A stretch of 63,652 bases of DNA, counting the filler, from Thraustochytrium aureum (taxonomy: Eukaryota), in NCBI GenBank assembly GCA_012862495.1. It is 4 parts of 2 records of this genome, joined end to end, with 100 filler letters (N's around TTAATTAATTAA, not from the genome) between each part and the next. Parts side by side here need not be neighbours in the genome. Positions count along the whole stretch, not along the records: positions 1 to 23,222 come from BLSG01000313.1; positions 23,323 to 34,550 come from BLSG01000314.1; 2 more parts are not named here. One strand, written 5' to 3'. The notes beneath the pieces are model-generated. The model was not told the origin of the DNA, did no database searches, and worked only from the letters and a program-made list of their open reading frames with translations. Position numbers and translations under genes: made by a program. Shown piece by piece: positions 13,101-25,563 of this stretch (position 1 is the stretch's first letter; every line of letters starts with the position of its first letter).

Positions 13101-13460
13101 ACGCTAAGTCTCGTCTTTGAGGGCTGCAGGCTCGGGCCGGCCGCCTCATTTGAGGGATTCGTACGCGAGCTTCAGGTGCGCGCGCTGCGGGCGGCGCCGG
13201 TTGCGCGCAAAAGTTCAGTCTCGGCCGAGGAGGTGGCGCGCATCAGTAAGGATCTTTTGGCGGGCCCCCTGCCTCCCGGATTCTGGTTCGACGGACGCAG
13301 CTACATGGACCACACTGGGAGGCCGTTGAGCTCCCACCCCTTGCTTGAGGAAAAGCTGGCAGAGTGGGTGGCTGAGCAGAACCACACGGCGGCCTCGCAC
13401 AACGCCGAGGTGGCCAGGCAGGAGCGCGAGCGAGCCAGCGCCAAGTTGTCTTCGTTCTAG
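10124..13460 (+). CDS. DNAAF9: Dynein axonemal assembly factor 9 / Shulin (C20orf194) homolog; frameshift ~10733, internal N gap
   Basis: N-terminal RLRLVQ...LLVVPGVDGKYN...LVKYLF and PLVQAYGLDEF. P-loop-like IVAGPPGAGKQ. C-terminal PLPPGFWFDGRSYMDHTG..SHPLL, characteristic of C20orf194. Confidence 0.8.
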
Positions 13461-13619
13461 TTGCGAGCCACAATTCCCGAGAACAGGAAAAGCGACGATC
13501 TGCACGAGTAAAATAAAAACATCTCCACAGCAAGAATTGTAAATTCCACCCGTTTACCAAAAGCCGAGCGTGGCAACTGCGCCACCAAAACGCATTCGCG
13601 TTGCTCTACCGATTGGCGC

Positions 13620-14338
13620 CTACGCCTCGATATCTCCACGACGCTCAAGAGCCTGACGCACCACTGCTCCGACGCAAGACCCAATGCAAGCAAGTGCCGC
13701 AAGGGCCCACAGCACCACGATGAGAACAAAGCAGAAAAAGTAGACGCGCTCAGGGCACTCGTCCTTGTTGGATGCAGCCAACCACGCCGTTCCGACGGCA
13801 AACCAGATCAAAGCAACGATCTGGACAGCGCCCAACACGCCGACGACGACGTGGTTCTGCGACCCGTCGGCAGAGCTCGCGGCAGAAAAGGAAGGCGGCT
13901 TTATCCTGTTGCCTAGGAATCCTCGAGAGGTCTCGTTCGTGGCGCGAGCGTTGCTCACGCCGCGCGGCACGCTGACGACGATGACCAGCACGGTCGAGAC
14001 AAGGCCGACGATACCTTGGACGATGAGCCAAGCCGACAGCGCCTTGTTGCAGTCCTCGTCAACAGACGTGGCCCCGAGATAGATGCAGTACACATTGACG
14101 GCAATGATTGCCCCAAACACCAAGCACGCGAACACGACGAACGCGGCCACTCTGCACGGGTGGCTCGCCGCGAGTCTGCCGTTTTCCTGACCGGCGCCGC
14201 CACCATCGTCGCCATCAATCTCGAGCCGCAGCTGCTGCCTCGCAGCTACCTGCGAGAACTCGGCCGTCGCGCTCGCCAGCCTCAGCTCCTCGCCGGCCTG
14301 CACGAGCCGGCCGCCGTCGTTATGCGGTCTCGTGGGCG
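13620..14338 (-). CDS. Small 4-TM membrane protein (TMEM272-like pattern); 5' end in gap
   Basis: Four hydrophobic helices with the pattern DCNKALSAWLIVQG ... WFAVGTAWL ... CPERVYFFCFVLIVVLW. Confidence 0.6.
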
Positions 14339-15274
14339 NNNNNNNNNNNNNNNNNNNNNNNNNNNNNNNNNNNNNNNNNNNNNNNNNNNNNNNNNNNNNN
14401 NNNNNNNNNNNNNNNNNNNNNNNNNNNNNNNNNNNNNNNNNNNNNNNNNNNNNNNNNNNNNNNNNNNNNNNNNNNNNNNNNNNNNNNNNNNNNNNNNNNN
14501 NNNNNNNNNNNNNNNNNNNNNNNNNNNNNNNNNNNNNNNNNNNNNNNNNNNNNNNNNNNNNNNNNNNNNNNNNNNNNNNNNNNNNNNNNNNNNNNNNNNN
14601 NNNNNNNNNNNNNNNNNNNNNNNNNNNNNNNNNNNNNNNNNNNNNNNNNNNNNNNNNNNNNNNNNNNNNNNNNNNNNNNNNNNNNNNNNNNNNNNNNNNN
14701 NNNNNNNNNNNNNNNNNNNNNNNNNNNNNNNNNNNNNNNNNNNNNNNNNNNNNNNNNNNNNNNNNNNNNNNNNNNNNNNNNNNNNNNNNNNNNNNNNNNN
14801 NNNNNNNNNNNNNNNNNNNNNNNNNNNNNNNNNNNNNNNNNNNNNNNNNNNNNNNNNNNNNNNNNNNNNNNNNNNNNNNNNNNNNNNNNNNNNNNNNNNN
14901 NNNNNNNNNNNNNNNNNNNNNNNNNNNNNNNNNNNNNNNNNNNNNNNNNNNNNNNNNNNNNNNNNNNNNNNNNNNNNNNNNNNNNNNNNNNNNNNNNNNN
15001 NNNNNNNNNNNNNNNNNNNNNNNNNNNNNNNNNNNNNNNNNNNNNNNNNNNNNNNNNNNNNNNNNNNNNNNNNNNNNNNNNNNNNNNNNNNNCCCCACCG
15101 TGACTGCGCTCCATCGTCGTGCCGGCCCTCCCAGTTACTCCCAGCCCAAGGCACAACACCGCGTCACACGAAGGCGCATACGACGCGAAAAGGTGACGTA
15201 CAGGGGTCCTGTGTGACGTGGTCGTCATTTTTGCCAGAACCGTGGAGAGCGGCGGTTATTGCGCGATGGAAGGG

Positions 15275-15310
<36 letters not shown>

Positions 15311-15476
15311 GCCGCAACGCGCGCGAGTTGCGGAGCGTGGAGTGGCAGCCCCGGGGCGCTCGCGTGCGTGGTTTGGGCGTGCTTGCGCGAGCGTTGCAGG
15401 TGTGCTTTTGCGCGTCCAGCAGGCCGTCGGTGCGCCGGCGGTCGTTGCGGCTGTGTGAGCGTGCGAGCCGCTGGAG

Positions 15477-18400
15477 ATGGACCTCGAGGAGGCGGACGCG
15501 GAGGTGCGGCTGCCGCTCAAGGTGCTGGAGAATGAGGCGGGCACCGGGAACGGGGCCGGCGAGAAGCGGCCCGGAAACAAGGTGAGCAACAAAGGGACAC
15601 CCTCGCCGCTGCGCAAGTCGCCTCGAAGGAAGAAAGCACGCGTTGGCGCCAAGATGGACGCGGAGGCCGCGGAGGCCGCGAAAGAAGAGACCGAGAATGC
15701 GCACGCAGCGGCGCTGTTTGTCTCGGGTCCAGATGACTCGCCTGGATCAACCGGGTCCGGGCCAGCGCTGTACTTTTCTTCGTCGGACGACGCCTCGTCT
15801 GCGGGGGCGTCAACGCCCCCTCATCAATGAAGTCGAGCTCAACACAAAGCGCAACTCGCTGCGCCCGATCCCGCCGCGCCGGACCAGCCTGTCGTCCATC
15901 GGGGAGGAGAGCGACGCAAGCGAGGGAGTCAACGACGACAACGCAACCGTGACCCTTGCGGCCTTCCAGGACATGCTTGACTCTGCGCGGGACGACGAGG
16001 ACGATGAAAGCGACGAGGAAGGCGCGTTGGTCTACCGTGCAAGCGAACCGGTCAACCAGCAAGACATCGCTGCACGAGACGCTGCCAAGGCTCTCGCCAG
16101 CGCCGACAAACTGCAAAAGGCGCTGCAGAGTCCTGTGCAGTCGGATCGCCGCAGGAGCGCTGGGGAGGATGAGAGACGGAACACGGCGTCCCCGTCCCTA
16201 TTGGAACAAATGCTCAACATGTCGGACAGCGAGGACGAGGAAGAGCTCTTGAGCGCGGCGGCCGCGCGTGGCAAGGCCATGGCCTCTAAACTGGCAGACG
16301 ACGACGAGGAGCGCGCTGCCGCTGGTTCCTTCAGCTCCCCGACTGGGCAAGCCCCAGCTCCGCGAGCGCCCAAGGAAGACGAAGAGACGCCTGAGCCGCG
16401 CAACCAACGCAAGCTGGTTGGTTCTGTGGACAGGCCCCCTTCAAGCGGCCCCGGATTCGGTGTCGGTCCAACCCCGCTGAAAAGCTGCATCAGCGCGCGC
16501 AAAGGGCTGCGGGACCGGTCCTGCCGGTCCAAAAAGAAGAGCGTCGTGTTTGGGTCCCCGGACGCAGCCGAGTTTGACCACCAGGTCCCTGTGAAGGGCG
16601 GGGTGACACCGCTCACGAAGACGTACGCGCGCACTCGGTTCAAGATGGAGGAACGCCAGGACTCGGACGAGGAAGCCGAGGAGGGGGACCTCATCGAGGA
16701 AGATGGGACCACGGCCCTGAACTCGTCCATCCTCGCCACATGGGAGGAGGAGNNNNNNNNNNNNNNNNNNNNNNNNNNNNNNNNNNNNNNNNNNNNNNNN
16801 NNNNNNNNNNNNNNNNNNNNNNNNNNNNNNNNNNNNNNNNNNNNNNNNNNNNNNNNNNNNNNNNNNNNNNNNNNNNNNNNNNNNNNNNNNNNNNNNNNNN
16901 NNNNNNNNNNNNNNNNNNNNNNNNNNNNNGGACTCGGCGACGACGAAACCGCGAGCCGCGCCAGCCGGTCCGGGGGGCGCAAATCCTCAAGCAGCCGCTC
17001 AAGACGGAGCGGCCGCCGGGCGAGCCTCCTCTCTATAGCCCCGGGGACGGAGATCTTCTCGGCAAACCGATTGACGACGAGGAGGAGGAAGAGGCGGCGG
17101 CGGCAGCCAGCCAAGCTGCGTCTGCTCGTTCGCAGCGCGCCGACCTCAGCCGCAAGTTTGACGCCGTGGCGTCTGACAGGGACGCCGAAGCGGAGCAGCA
17201 GATGGAACACGATGCCGAGTTTGAACAGCAAATGGACTTGGAGACATCCGTCAGCACGGCGCTTCCCTCGCCCAATACGGCGGAGAAGAAGTTGCAGGCT
17301 GGCCTGGGAGGACAGATGCAGCGAGGACCCAGCGATGTGCCGGTTCCGCAGGCGACGAAACTGTCGACCTCAGTGACCTTGCTGACCTCGAAAATGACTC
17401 TGACGGAGAGACGGCAGACCTGGGTCAGCTGCGCGAGCTCGTTGGCGATCGCTCCAGTCTCGCCTCTTTCGTGCCGCCCTCGCCACCGCGCTCGCCAAGT
17501 GAGCAGGATGAAGTCAACAGAACCGTCGATTCCAGCGCCTTGGCAAACATGATGGAGTTTTCGCCGCAGAGCAGTCGTGGACGGCCGTCCCCCGGGGGAG
17601 CAAGCGCCGGCGACCAAACCGTGGAGCTTGGGGCTCTAGCAGAGCTGGCGGATCTCTCGCCTGTCGCCAGCGCCAGGCGAGATAGCGGTGGAGTACCGGG
17701 CGACGCGAGCCCCGAAGCGTTTGCAAATCGGTCCAAGGGCAGGGCCTCCAAAGCGATAAACGATGGGTCGGCATCAGCGAAGCAGACGCAAATGCACCTC
17801 CGACGCTCCCCGCGTCTGAACCGCAACAGAAGCGCAGAGAGCGGCATTTCCAGCACAGCAGAGGACCACACCGTCGAGCTGGGGCAGCTCGCAGACTTGG
17901 CCGCTCTGGATGAGGACCGAAATGTCCATCCGGCGACGAACCTTGTCGAGGGGCCCGTGGCGGGCTGGTCGGAACGGGATGCGACCGTCGAGCTCGGAAC
18001 GCTCTCGCAGCTTGCCGCGCTTTCCGGCCCCGAGACGCGCTCCCCGGGACAAAGCTGTGCGTTGCCCGCGAACGAGGAGCAGACCGTTGAGCTCGGCGCA
18101 CTATCCGAGTTGGCGCAACTCGGCTCGCCGCCTCCTGCAATCCCAGAGGTGCCGCGGAGCCATGCGGCTGGAGAAGAGGAGCACACGGTTGAGCTTGGGC
18201 GCCTTGGCGACCTTGCCAAGCTCTCGCCCGAGCAGAACAGTGTGCTGGCCTCGGCCAGGAAAGGCGACGAAGCCACGGGGCCCAATTCGCCGGCGCAAGT
18301 GGACCTGCGCCTTAGCTTTTCGTCTCTGGCTTCTGCGGGCTCGGGCGAGGGTGGTTCCGGCAGCACAGCGGCCCCTGCTACGCCAGCCGTTTTTGACTCT

Positions 18401-20501
18401 GCGGCCCTCTTGGACCAGTTTGTCAACTCTCCAGCGCCTTCGTCGAGGGGGGCTTCGCCAACGCCAACACGCCGCCTGTCCGACACGGCCCCAATTCTGT
18501 CGCAATCCTCGCCTGAGGCGCGCAGGTATTCTGATGGCGGCGCGAGTACAGCTATGACACCAGAAAGCCGCTCGAGCGAAGGTTTTGCCGACACTCCGAT
18601 GAGCGATAGCGGCGCGTTTGTGCCGACGCGATCCCTGTCCCGCACTCCAACGCATGGCTCACCTGGCGAGGCTGTTTTGGTCGCGAGCCCCGAGGCGGCT
18701 GCGGGTGCGGCCAGCGAGGCGGAGCCAATGGACACGGGGCGCTCTGTCGCTGCTTCCACCCCTGGGGCCTCCGAAGCGTCGGTCGTTGAGCGTCGGCCGC
18801 TCGCTGAGGAGAACCGCACTCCCGAAACGGCGCCAGACGCAGTGCAGGTGGGCGTTGATGCATTCCTCGCTTCATGCGGAGTCTCGTTCCCGACGGTCGA
18901 CCCAGGCGAAGCCCCCGAAGTCCCGTTCGCAGCGGTCGACGAACCCGACGTCGCTCCGCTTGAGGTGGAGCCTGCCGTGCTCGAGCGCGCTTGCACGTTC
19001 ACTGAACACCTGTATGGGCTACGCTGGGCCACAGGCGAGCTCTTCTCACGCATCGAGGTTTCGCAGAGAACTGTCCGCGACATGAGCGTGGGATTGAGCG
19101 CCAAGAACCCCCAGCTATTCCGTGAGGCGGATGCCAAGCAGATCGTGACGGCGATGCTGGTTGAGGCCAGCGCCGAAGCGGAGCTTGGTCGGCTCGACTT
19201 GCAGAGAAAAGCAACCAACCTGTCGCTTGAGGTGGCGAGCGAGCACAGGAGCGTCTTGGAGGAAGACCGGGCGATTCTTGTCGAGGGCATCGCGCGACTG
19301 GACGAGGCAGCAGCAGCTGTGAAGGCCGCGATCGACGCGGAGACGCGACTAGACGGCCTTGAGGAAGCCTACAGGGAGCAAAAACAGATCCTCGACTCAT
19401 ACAAAGAGTCCGTCCGCGCCCTCGAGGAGAGCGAAAGGATGTTACTCGAGGAAAAGGCGCTGCTGGGCCTGGAACTCGCCAAGCACGACGCCGTCGCGGC
19501 CCGGCGCCATGCAGCAGAGGAGCAAGCCCGCTTGCTGCACGAAGCTGCTGTAGACTTGCAGGGGCGCAATGCCATTCTCGACGTCGCGCATGGGATGCAT
19601 TTGTGGCGCCTTCACAACGTCGCCTCCTCGCTCGTCGTGCTTGCGATGGATCAGCCAACGGGTTCGACAGCGCTACTCTCGATTGCCCTTGACGCCTCGC
19701 CGGCGATCACGAGCATCACGGCTCACCAGTGCGCCGCTGACGAAGCGTCCGCACAGGCCATGGCCATGCCGGCGCTGTCGCCTTGGGCGGAGCAGGTGGA
19801 GTTGGTCTCCGCCGCGCGGCTCCGGTCTACGGTGTCGCGCTTCAACCGCGAGCTGGTGGGCAAAGCGCCGTCCCATTTGCCTGTTATGCTTCGGGAGCTC
19901 GACCTCGTTTTCGGNNNNNNNNNNNNNNNNNNNNNNNNNNNNNNNNNNNNNNNNNNNNNNNNNNNNNNNNNNNNNNNNNNNNNNNNNNNNNNNNNNNNNN
20001 NNNNNNNNNNNNNNNNNNNNNNNNNNNNNNNNNNNNNNNNNNNNNNNNNNNNNNNNNNNNNNNNNNNNNNNNNNNNNNNNNNNNNNNNNNNNNNNNNNNN
20101 NNNNNNNNNNNNNNNNNNNNNNNNNNGTTTTCGGGCGACTTCTGGACCTCTGGGAGGAGATTGCTGAGGTTGGCGACTCGACGCCCGGCTCGTGCGCGCT
20201 GCGTCTTGGCGATGAAGGCCGTGTCATCGAGTTCGCTGTTGAGCTTGTTCACGAAGATCGCGGCGCTCTTGTGGAGGCAGTATTCGCGGTCCGCGAGGGC
20301 TACCCGATGGCGTTTGGGTCCTGCTCGGTGGACTTTCGAGTTCTGGCCGATGCTGGAGACGGTGGCTTGCACGATCGCCTGCGAGCTGCCGTCGCGGCCG
20401 GGCCGCAATGTGGCGCGGCGGGGTGCTTTGCGCCGCTGACGGAGATGTGGGAGCGGGTGGACGCGGCTTTCCGTCCGGGCCGTAGACTTTGTTTTGATTG
20501 A
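15477..20501 (+). CDS. KNL1: Kinetochore scaffold KNL1/Spc7/Spc105-like protein; frameshifts ~15818, ~17035, ~17340 and two gaps
   Basis: Disordered N-terminal region with SILK/RVxF-like LKSCI...KKSVVF (~16478-16552). Multiple MELT-like [DE]xTVELG repeats. Long coiled coil (~19150-19580). C-terminal RWD-like region (VEAVFAVREGYP). Confidence 0.7.
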
Positions 20502-20861
20502 ATTCGTGGACCGCGGTTCACTTTCTGGCCCGCTGCTTGCTCAGCTGGCAGGTGAGCGCACAGCACAGTGCGATTGAATGAGGCTGACCGAGTGGAGAGG
20601 GCGACTGTCGCTTCAAAACCTGGTCTGTGAAGAGAACTCGTGTGAGCTCTCGGAACTACAGTATGGTAGGGTACTACTCGTGTGCGGAAAACGAGGTCCC
20701 TCAACAAAAACGATTGTTTTCTAAAAGCACCTGGCCACTTGTCAATGAAACGAACAACTACTCGCGTGCCGAGGTGGAGCATCCTAGAGAATGACGGTAC
20801 CGTGCCCGGCCGACGCTGGCGTCACATTGGCATCGGTTCTGTAGTGGATCCCAATGGCTCC

Positions 20862-22280
20862 TCAGCGCCCCAAGGCCTGGTGCTTGTGCCTTCGCGGACG
20901 CCATCTCACAAGCGGTGCTGTCACTTTGGGCCAGGAAGGCGCAGACGTCTCTGGCACCCAGACAAGGTGTGACTCTCCTGCGCCAGCAGACCGGCAAAAC
21001 AGCGACGGAATCCACGAAATCAGGCGAACTACGGCTATCAACACTCCTAGGAGNNNNNNNNNNNNNNNNNNNNNNNNNNNNNNNNNNNNNNNNNNNNNNN
21101 NNNNNNNNNNNNNNNNNNNNNNNNNNNNNNNNNNNNNNNNNNNNNNNNNNNNNNNNNNNNNNNNNNNNNNNNNNNNNNNNNNNNNNNNNNNNNNNNNNNN
21201 NNNNNNNNNNNNNNNNNNNNNNNNNNNNNNNNNNNNNNNNNNNNNNNNNNNNNNNNNNNNNNNNNNNNNNNNNNNNNNNNNNNNNNNNNNNNNNNNNNNN
21301 NNNNNNNNNNNNNNNNNNNNNNNNNNNNNNNNNNNNNNNNNNNNNNNNNNNNNNNNNNNNNNNNNNNNNNNNNNNNNNNNNNNNNNNNNNNNNNNNNNNN
21401 NNNNNNNNNNNNNNNNNNNNNNNNNNNNNNNNNNNNNNNNNNNNNNNNNNNNNNNNNNNNNNNNNNNNNNNNNNNNNNNNNNNNNNNNNNNNNNNNNNNN
21501 NNNNNNNNNNNNNNNNNNNNNNNNNNNNNNNNNNNNNNNNNNNNNNNNNNNNNNNNNNNNNNNNNNNNNNNNNNNNNNNNNNNNNNNNNNNNNNNNNNNN
21601 NNNNNNNNNNNNNNNNNNNNNNNNNNNNNNNNNNNNNNNNNCCCGTCGATGCTGACTTGCGGAAAGTTGCGATAGTCGGGGCAGACAAACACGTAGCCGA
21701 GCTTGCTGTAGCAAAACCCAAGGAAGGCGCCCCAGGCCTTGTACCCGATCACCCAGGCGCCTCCCGCGAAGAAAACAATCACGGGCCGCTTTTGCTTTGC
21801 CGAGGCCGCCGGCGGAGCGGCGTAGACATCGACGCTCTGGCGGCGTTCGGGTCCATAAAAGTCCCGCGAGATTGTGCTGGACACCACGTACCGCCAGACG
21901 ATGCGCAGAAACCCCGGCAGCAGTACGAGGGCGAAGAGCAGGAGCCTGCAGAACATGACCCATGCGAACCAGCTGAGCCCCACAAACGCGACGAGCTTGG
22001 CGGCCATCCTGGCGATAAACTTGGAAACGCGAAACCCTTCGACGAGCGTATCGGCTGCCTCCTCGCGCGCCGACGCCACGCGCGCCATCGCGCGCCTGGA
22101 CCCGTCCATGGCAATCTGCGCCAGTTTGTAGCGGCGCGCTGCGGCGCCGTCGTGGGGGGTGCCGCCATCGCTGGCGCCCGCTTTGTCCTCTTCGCCGGCA
22201 CCTTCGCCTGATGGTCTCGCCTCCGAGGTGCCAGACTCGCTGCGAACGCGAGACCGCACGACGCGGAAGCGGCCGGACAT
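20862..22280 (-). CDS. Isoprenylcysteine alpha-carbonyl methylesterase (ICME)-like alpha/beta hydrolase; middle in gap, 3' end uncertain
   Basis: LLLFALVLLPGF, YGPERRQSVDVY, PVIVFFAGGAWVIGYKAWG and CPDYRNFPQ closely match plant ICME. ATG taken at 22280. Confidence 0.8.
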   Translation of the reverse strand: MSGRFRVVRSRVRSESGTSEARPSGEGAGEEDKAGASDGGTPHDGAAARRYKLAQIAMDGSRRAMARVASAREEAADTLVEGFRVSKFIARMAAKLVAFVGLSWFAWVMFCRLLLFALVLLPGFLRIVWRYVVSSTISRDFYGPERRQSVDVYAAPPAASAKQKRPVIVFFAGGAWVIGYKAWGAFLGFCYSKLGYVFVCPDYRNFPQVSIDGXXXXXXXXXXXXXXXXXXXXXXXXXXXXXXXXXXXXXXXXXXXXXXXXXXXXXXXXXXXXXXXXXXXXXXXXXXXXXXXXXXXXXXXXXXXXXXXXXXXXXXXXXXXXXXXXXXXXXXXXXXXXXXXXXXXXXXXXXXXXXXXXXXXXXXXXXXXXXXXXXXXXXXXXXXXXXXXXXXXXXXXXXXXXXXXXXXXXLLGVLIAVVRLISWIPSLFCRSAGAGESHLVWVPETSAPSWPKVTAPLVRWRPRRHKHQALGR

Positions 22281-22730
22281 CGCCCGAGCAGGCCCCGGGC
22301 TGGGGAGCGAGCGAGCGAGCGAGCGAGCGAGCGACAGGCTGTGTGCCGCAAGAGTGGGCTTGGAAGCCCTTTTTCCGTCTCTGCCAGCAACGGCTCCTCC
22401 GTCGCGAGCTCGTTGGGACGGAGGGGGCGCGGTGCAGCCGGCCGGCACCACTTGACGGTGGGGGCATGCGCGAATTGGCTCGGGCGAGGCGAAACTCGTT
22501 GGCAAGTAGAGCACGGTGACGCGCGTGCGGCGGAGCCCTGGATGGGAGCGAGTCGAACTCAGAAACATGGCTACCCAACCTTCCTCACTACTGCCTACCC
22601 TGCTGCTCCCTCTCTCGCCTCTTCTACGCGTGCAGCTCTCTACTAGTAGTAGAGAGGACGCAAATCGCGCCCTTCGCAGCGCCGCCCAACAGCAAGCCAC
22701 TGCACCGGCGCTCGCTGTCAATCCTGTCCG

Positions 22731-23222
22731 CTAGCGGCCCCAGCGTTGCTCGGTCTTCGAGTACTTGAACATGGCCCACACAAACGAGGCATAAGAAGCC
22801 TTGATGATGCTCTCCCCGATGTTGAGGATCTCGGGCGTGCGCATGAGCCAGGGTGGGAAGCCGAGCAGGTTCGGTGCGACCGAGTAGGTAAGAATCAGGT
22901 TGAGCTTGTCCGCGTTGCCACGGCTCGAGCTAAGACGGCCGTTGAGCAGCTTCTCCGTGATGCCGTTCGGCTGCAGGTCTGTCTCGTCGACGAGCTGCTG
23001 CGCGACACGGGCCAAGTCGCGGTCGCTGTCCTCGTCGGTGAGGAACCTAATGCTAACTTGTTCAGTGGCCTCCTCCGCGCTTGCACAGCGCACCTGGGCC
23101 GACGGTTCGCGGTTGCCGTTTTTCGAATATGCTGACAGCGCGCACGCGGCGCAGCTTGCCGAAGATGAGGCGTGGGAACGTGGGCGGCGCAGTCAAGCTC
23201 TTCTCGAGCTGCTTGCAGAACA
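22731..23222 (-). CDS. NUS1: NUS1 / Nogo-B receptor (cis-prenyltransferase subunit), C-terminal fragment
   Basis: LLGFPPWLMRTPEI and the terminal YSKTEQRWGR* are the conserved NgBR C-terminus. Truncated by the spacer. Confidence 0.85.
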
Positions 23223-23322
23223 NNNNNNNNNNNNNNNNNNNNNNNNNNNNNNNNNNNNNNNNNNNNTTAATTAATTAANNNNNNNNNNNNNNNNNNNNNN
23301 NNNNNNNNNNNNNNNNNNNNNN
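23223..23322. other. Artificial contig-join spacer (N44-TTAATTAATTAA-N44)
   Basis: Exactly 100 nt, with stop codons in all six frames at the centre. Confidence 0.95.
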
Positions 23323-23824
23323 GTGGCAACTCAGCTTCCCGCTCCCTCTCACAAGGCCATCAGGCTCAGCACCTCCGGTCGCGCCTCGCTCCTTGCCGAG
23401 GCGCGCAAGCGCTGCGCAGACTGGCACGCGCCGGTGCCGGATCTGCTGGAGGCGACCTCGGAGCTCGATGTTACCGGGTACCCGGCGTACGACCGGCCGC
23501 CGCCAGAGCTGGTTTGCCGCCGGGCCGGGGACGGGCCGCATCGCTTGTGCAGATCCGCGCTCGAAAGACAGCGTTGTTCTCATCGGCGACGCCGCGCACC
23601 CAATGTCGCCTTTCAAGGGCCAGGGCGCCAACCAAGCCCTCATCGACGGCTGGTCTCTTGCTGCTCTCTTGTGCAGCACGCCTCGCGATGGCGATGCCTT
23701 GGCTGCCTTCGAGGCGGAGATGGTTGCAAGGGTGCGGCCAAAAGTGCAAGCCAGCGCTGAAGCTGCGCGCGTGCTCCACACCCAGGCGAGCGTCGACGTG
23801 CGCACCGCGCGCCAGGTCACCTAA
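23323..23824 (+). CDS. FAD-dependent monooxygenase, C-terminal fragment; frameshift ~23510
   Basis: WHAPVPDLLEAT...GYPAYDR followed by VVLIGDAAHPMSPFKGQGANQALIDG (GD motif). Confidence 0.85.
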
Positions 23825-24018
23825 CTCTAGAGGCTCTTCGCCCTTTGCGTCGCTCGAGCTGCTGTAGCAGAAATCGAATCGCTTGAGCGGCGCGTGGGGG
23901 CCCAGAGCTGCTGCAACTTGAAATATCCAATTCGACTGATTACCTCTACCTGCTCGAACTCTCTCTGCAGCTACTCTCTACTTGCTCTAGCTAGAGGTAG
24001 ACAGAGTTGCGGACCTGG

Positions 24019-24849
24019 CTAGACCAACTCAAACCGGGAGTCGTCCACCCTAGACGGCTGCCACGCCTTCGTGTTGTACCAGTTCCGCACCGAACAAAAC
24101 AGTGAAGCATACAGGAGGATGTTGATGAGCGACAGCGACAAGCCGATCCAGCAAAGATCCGTCACGAGGTTCAAGGCCCGGACTGACGCGGCCCAGGACG
24201 CAGACGAAAACGTTGCGCCCTCGGCAACTGCCAACGCGGTGACGGCCGTTTGTGCTTTTTCAAAGCACGATTCCGGTGTGTTGTAGAAGCCCATCCCCAC
24301 CGTCGACACCATGGCCAAGATCATAAACATGAGGAACACGCTCGTGGCGTAGGAAAACAGCACGCCGCGCCAGAATGGCTCCATTCGTTCGTACCGGATC
24401 AACCCTGCAACATCGATGGAGGCGTACGCGATCGGCATCACGAGCCCAAAGATCAGCAGCGAGTCGAGCACGATCATGGCAAGCGCTGTGCCTCGCGGAC
24501 CCGTTGTGCTCGAGGGAAACAGCTCGCTCGAGCTCACGGTCTGCGTTGCAGCGCAGTCGCCCGCGACAAAGAACGAGTTTGCAGGCGTGTTGTAGACTGT
24601 GGCGTACAAGCTCCCGCCGTCCCCTGCCAGCTCGTACGTGATCACGTCGTTCAGGCTCACGAGCGCCACGAGCGCGAGCGAAATCGCCAGGCACGTCACA
24701 TAGAACAGCAGGATGCAGCCCCTCTCATTATTGCAGAACGCCCACAAGTACCACGCGACCCCGGGCGCCTTGATCTTCTTCGTCCTGAGCTCGTCCTCGT
24801 CGCTGGAGGACTCTGTCAGGTCGACCTCCTCCTCCTCGGAGTGGGCCAT
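24019..24849 (-). CDS. Uncharacterised ~4-TM membrane protein
   Basis: ATG at 24849, acidic N-terminus, four hydrophobic helices, GC3-rich codons. Confidence 0.7.
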   Translation of the reverse strand: MAHSEEEEVDLTESSSDEDELRTKKIKAPGVAWYLWAFCNNERGCILLFYVTCLAISLALVALVSLNDVITYELAGDGGSLYATVYNTPANSFFVAGDCAATQTVSSSELFPSSTTGPRGTALAMIVLDSLLIFGLVMPIAYASIDVAGLIRYERMEPFWRGVLFSYATSVFLMFMILAMVSTVGMGFYNTPESCFEKAQTAVTALAVAEGATFSSASWAASVRALNLVTDLCWIGLSLSLINILLYASLFCSVRNWYNTKAWQPSRVDDSRFELV

Positions 24850-25563
24850 CCCGACCTGCGCTGTTTTCAAGAGAGCGCGGGCCAGCCCAGCCCAGCGACG
24901 CTCCTGGCTTGCCTGCGCCTGGTGGCCGAGCGCGCGCGCCGCAGGCCAACCTCACCTGCGCGCCAACCCACCCGCCCNNNNNNNNNNNNNNNNNNNNNNN
25001 NNNNNNNNNNNNNNNNNNNNNNNNNNNNNNNNNNNNNNNNNNNNNNNNNNNNNNNNNNNNNNNNNNNNNNNNNNNNNNNNNNNNNNNNNNNNNNNNNNNN
25101 NNNNNNNNNNNNNNNNNNNNNNNNNNNNNNNNNNNNNNNNNNNNNNNNNNNNNNNNNNNNNNNNNNNNNNNNNNNNNNNNNNNNNNNNNNNNNNNNNNNN
25201 NNNNNNNNNNNNNNNNNNNNNNNNNNNNNNNNNNNNNNNNNNNNNNNNNNNNNNNNNNNNNNNNNNNATGATGCTGCCGCCGAGGGCCTTGCGCGCGGAC
25301 GTCGTGGACGATGGTCATGCTGGATGATGAGCTCCGAGGTGAAGCCACACCTCTGCCGGTGATGGCCTGGCCTTGCACAACTCGCAAAGGGTTGCGGACC
25401 CGGCCGGCTGCCCACAGGCCAGGTGGAAGGAGAGCTGTCGCTGTTGAAGGCGTGCTGCGGCGGGTGGCAAACAAAGCAAGGAGACACAGTGAAACATGGT
25501 TGTGGAAATGGCTCGACAGGACGCTTGCGCAGGGAAAGAGGCCCCGCCTCGACGAAGCTACTT

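Noticed and set aside
23267..23278. piggyBac TTAA target sites or a biological palindrome
   Set aside because: Sits in the centre of N runs in three identical 100-nt linkers, so it is artificial.
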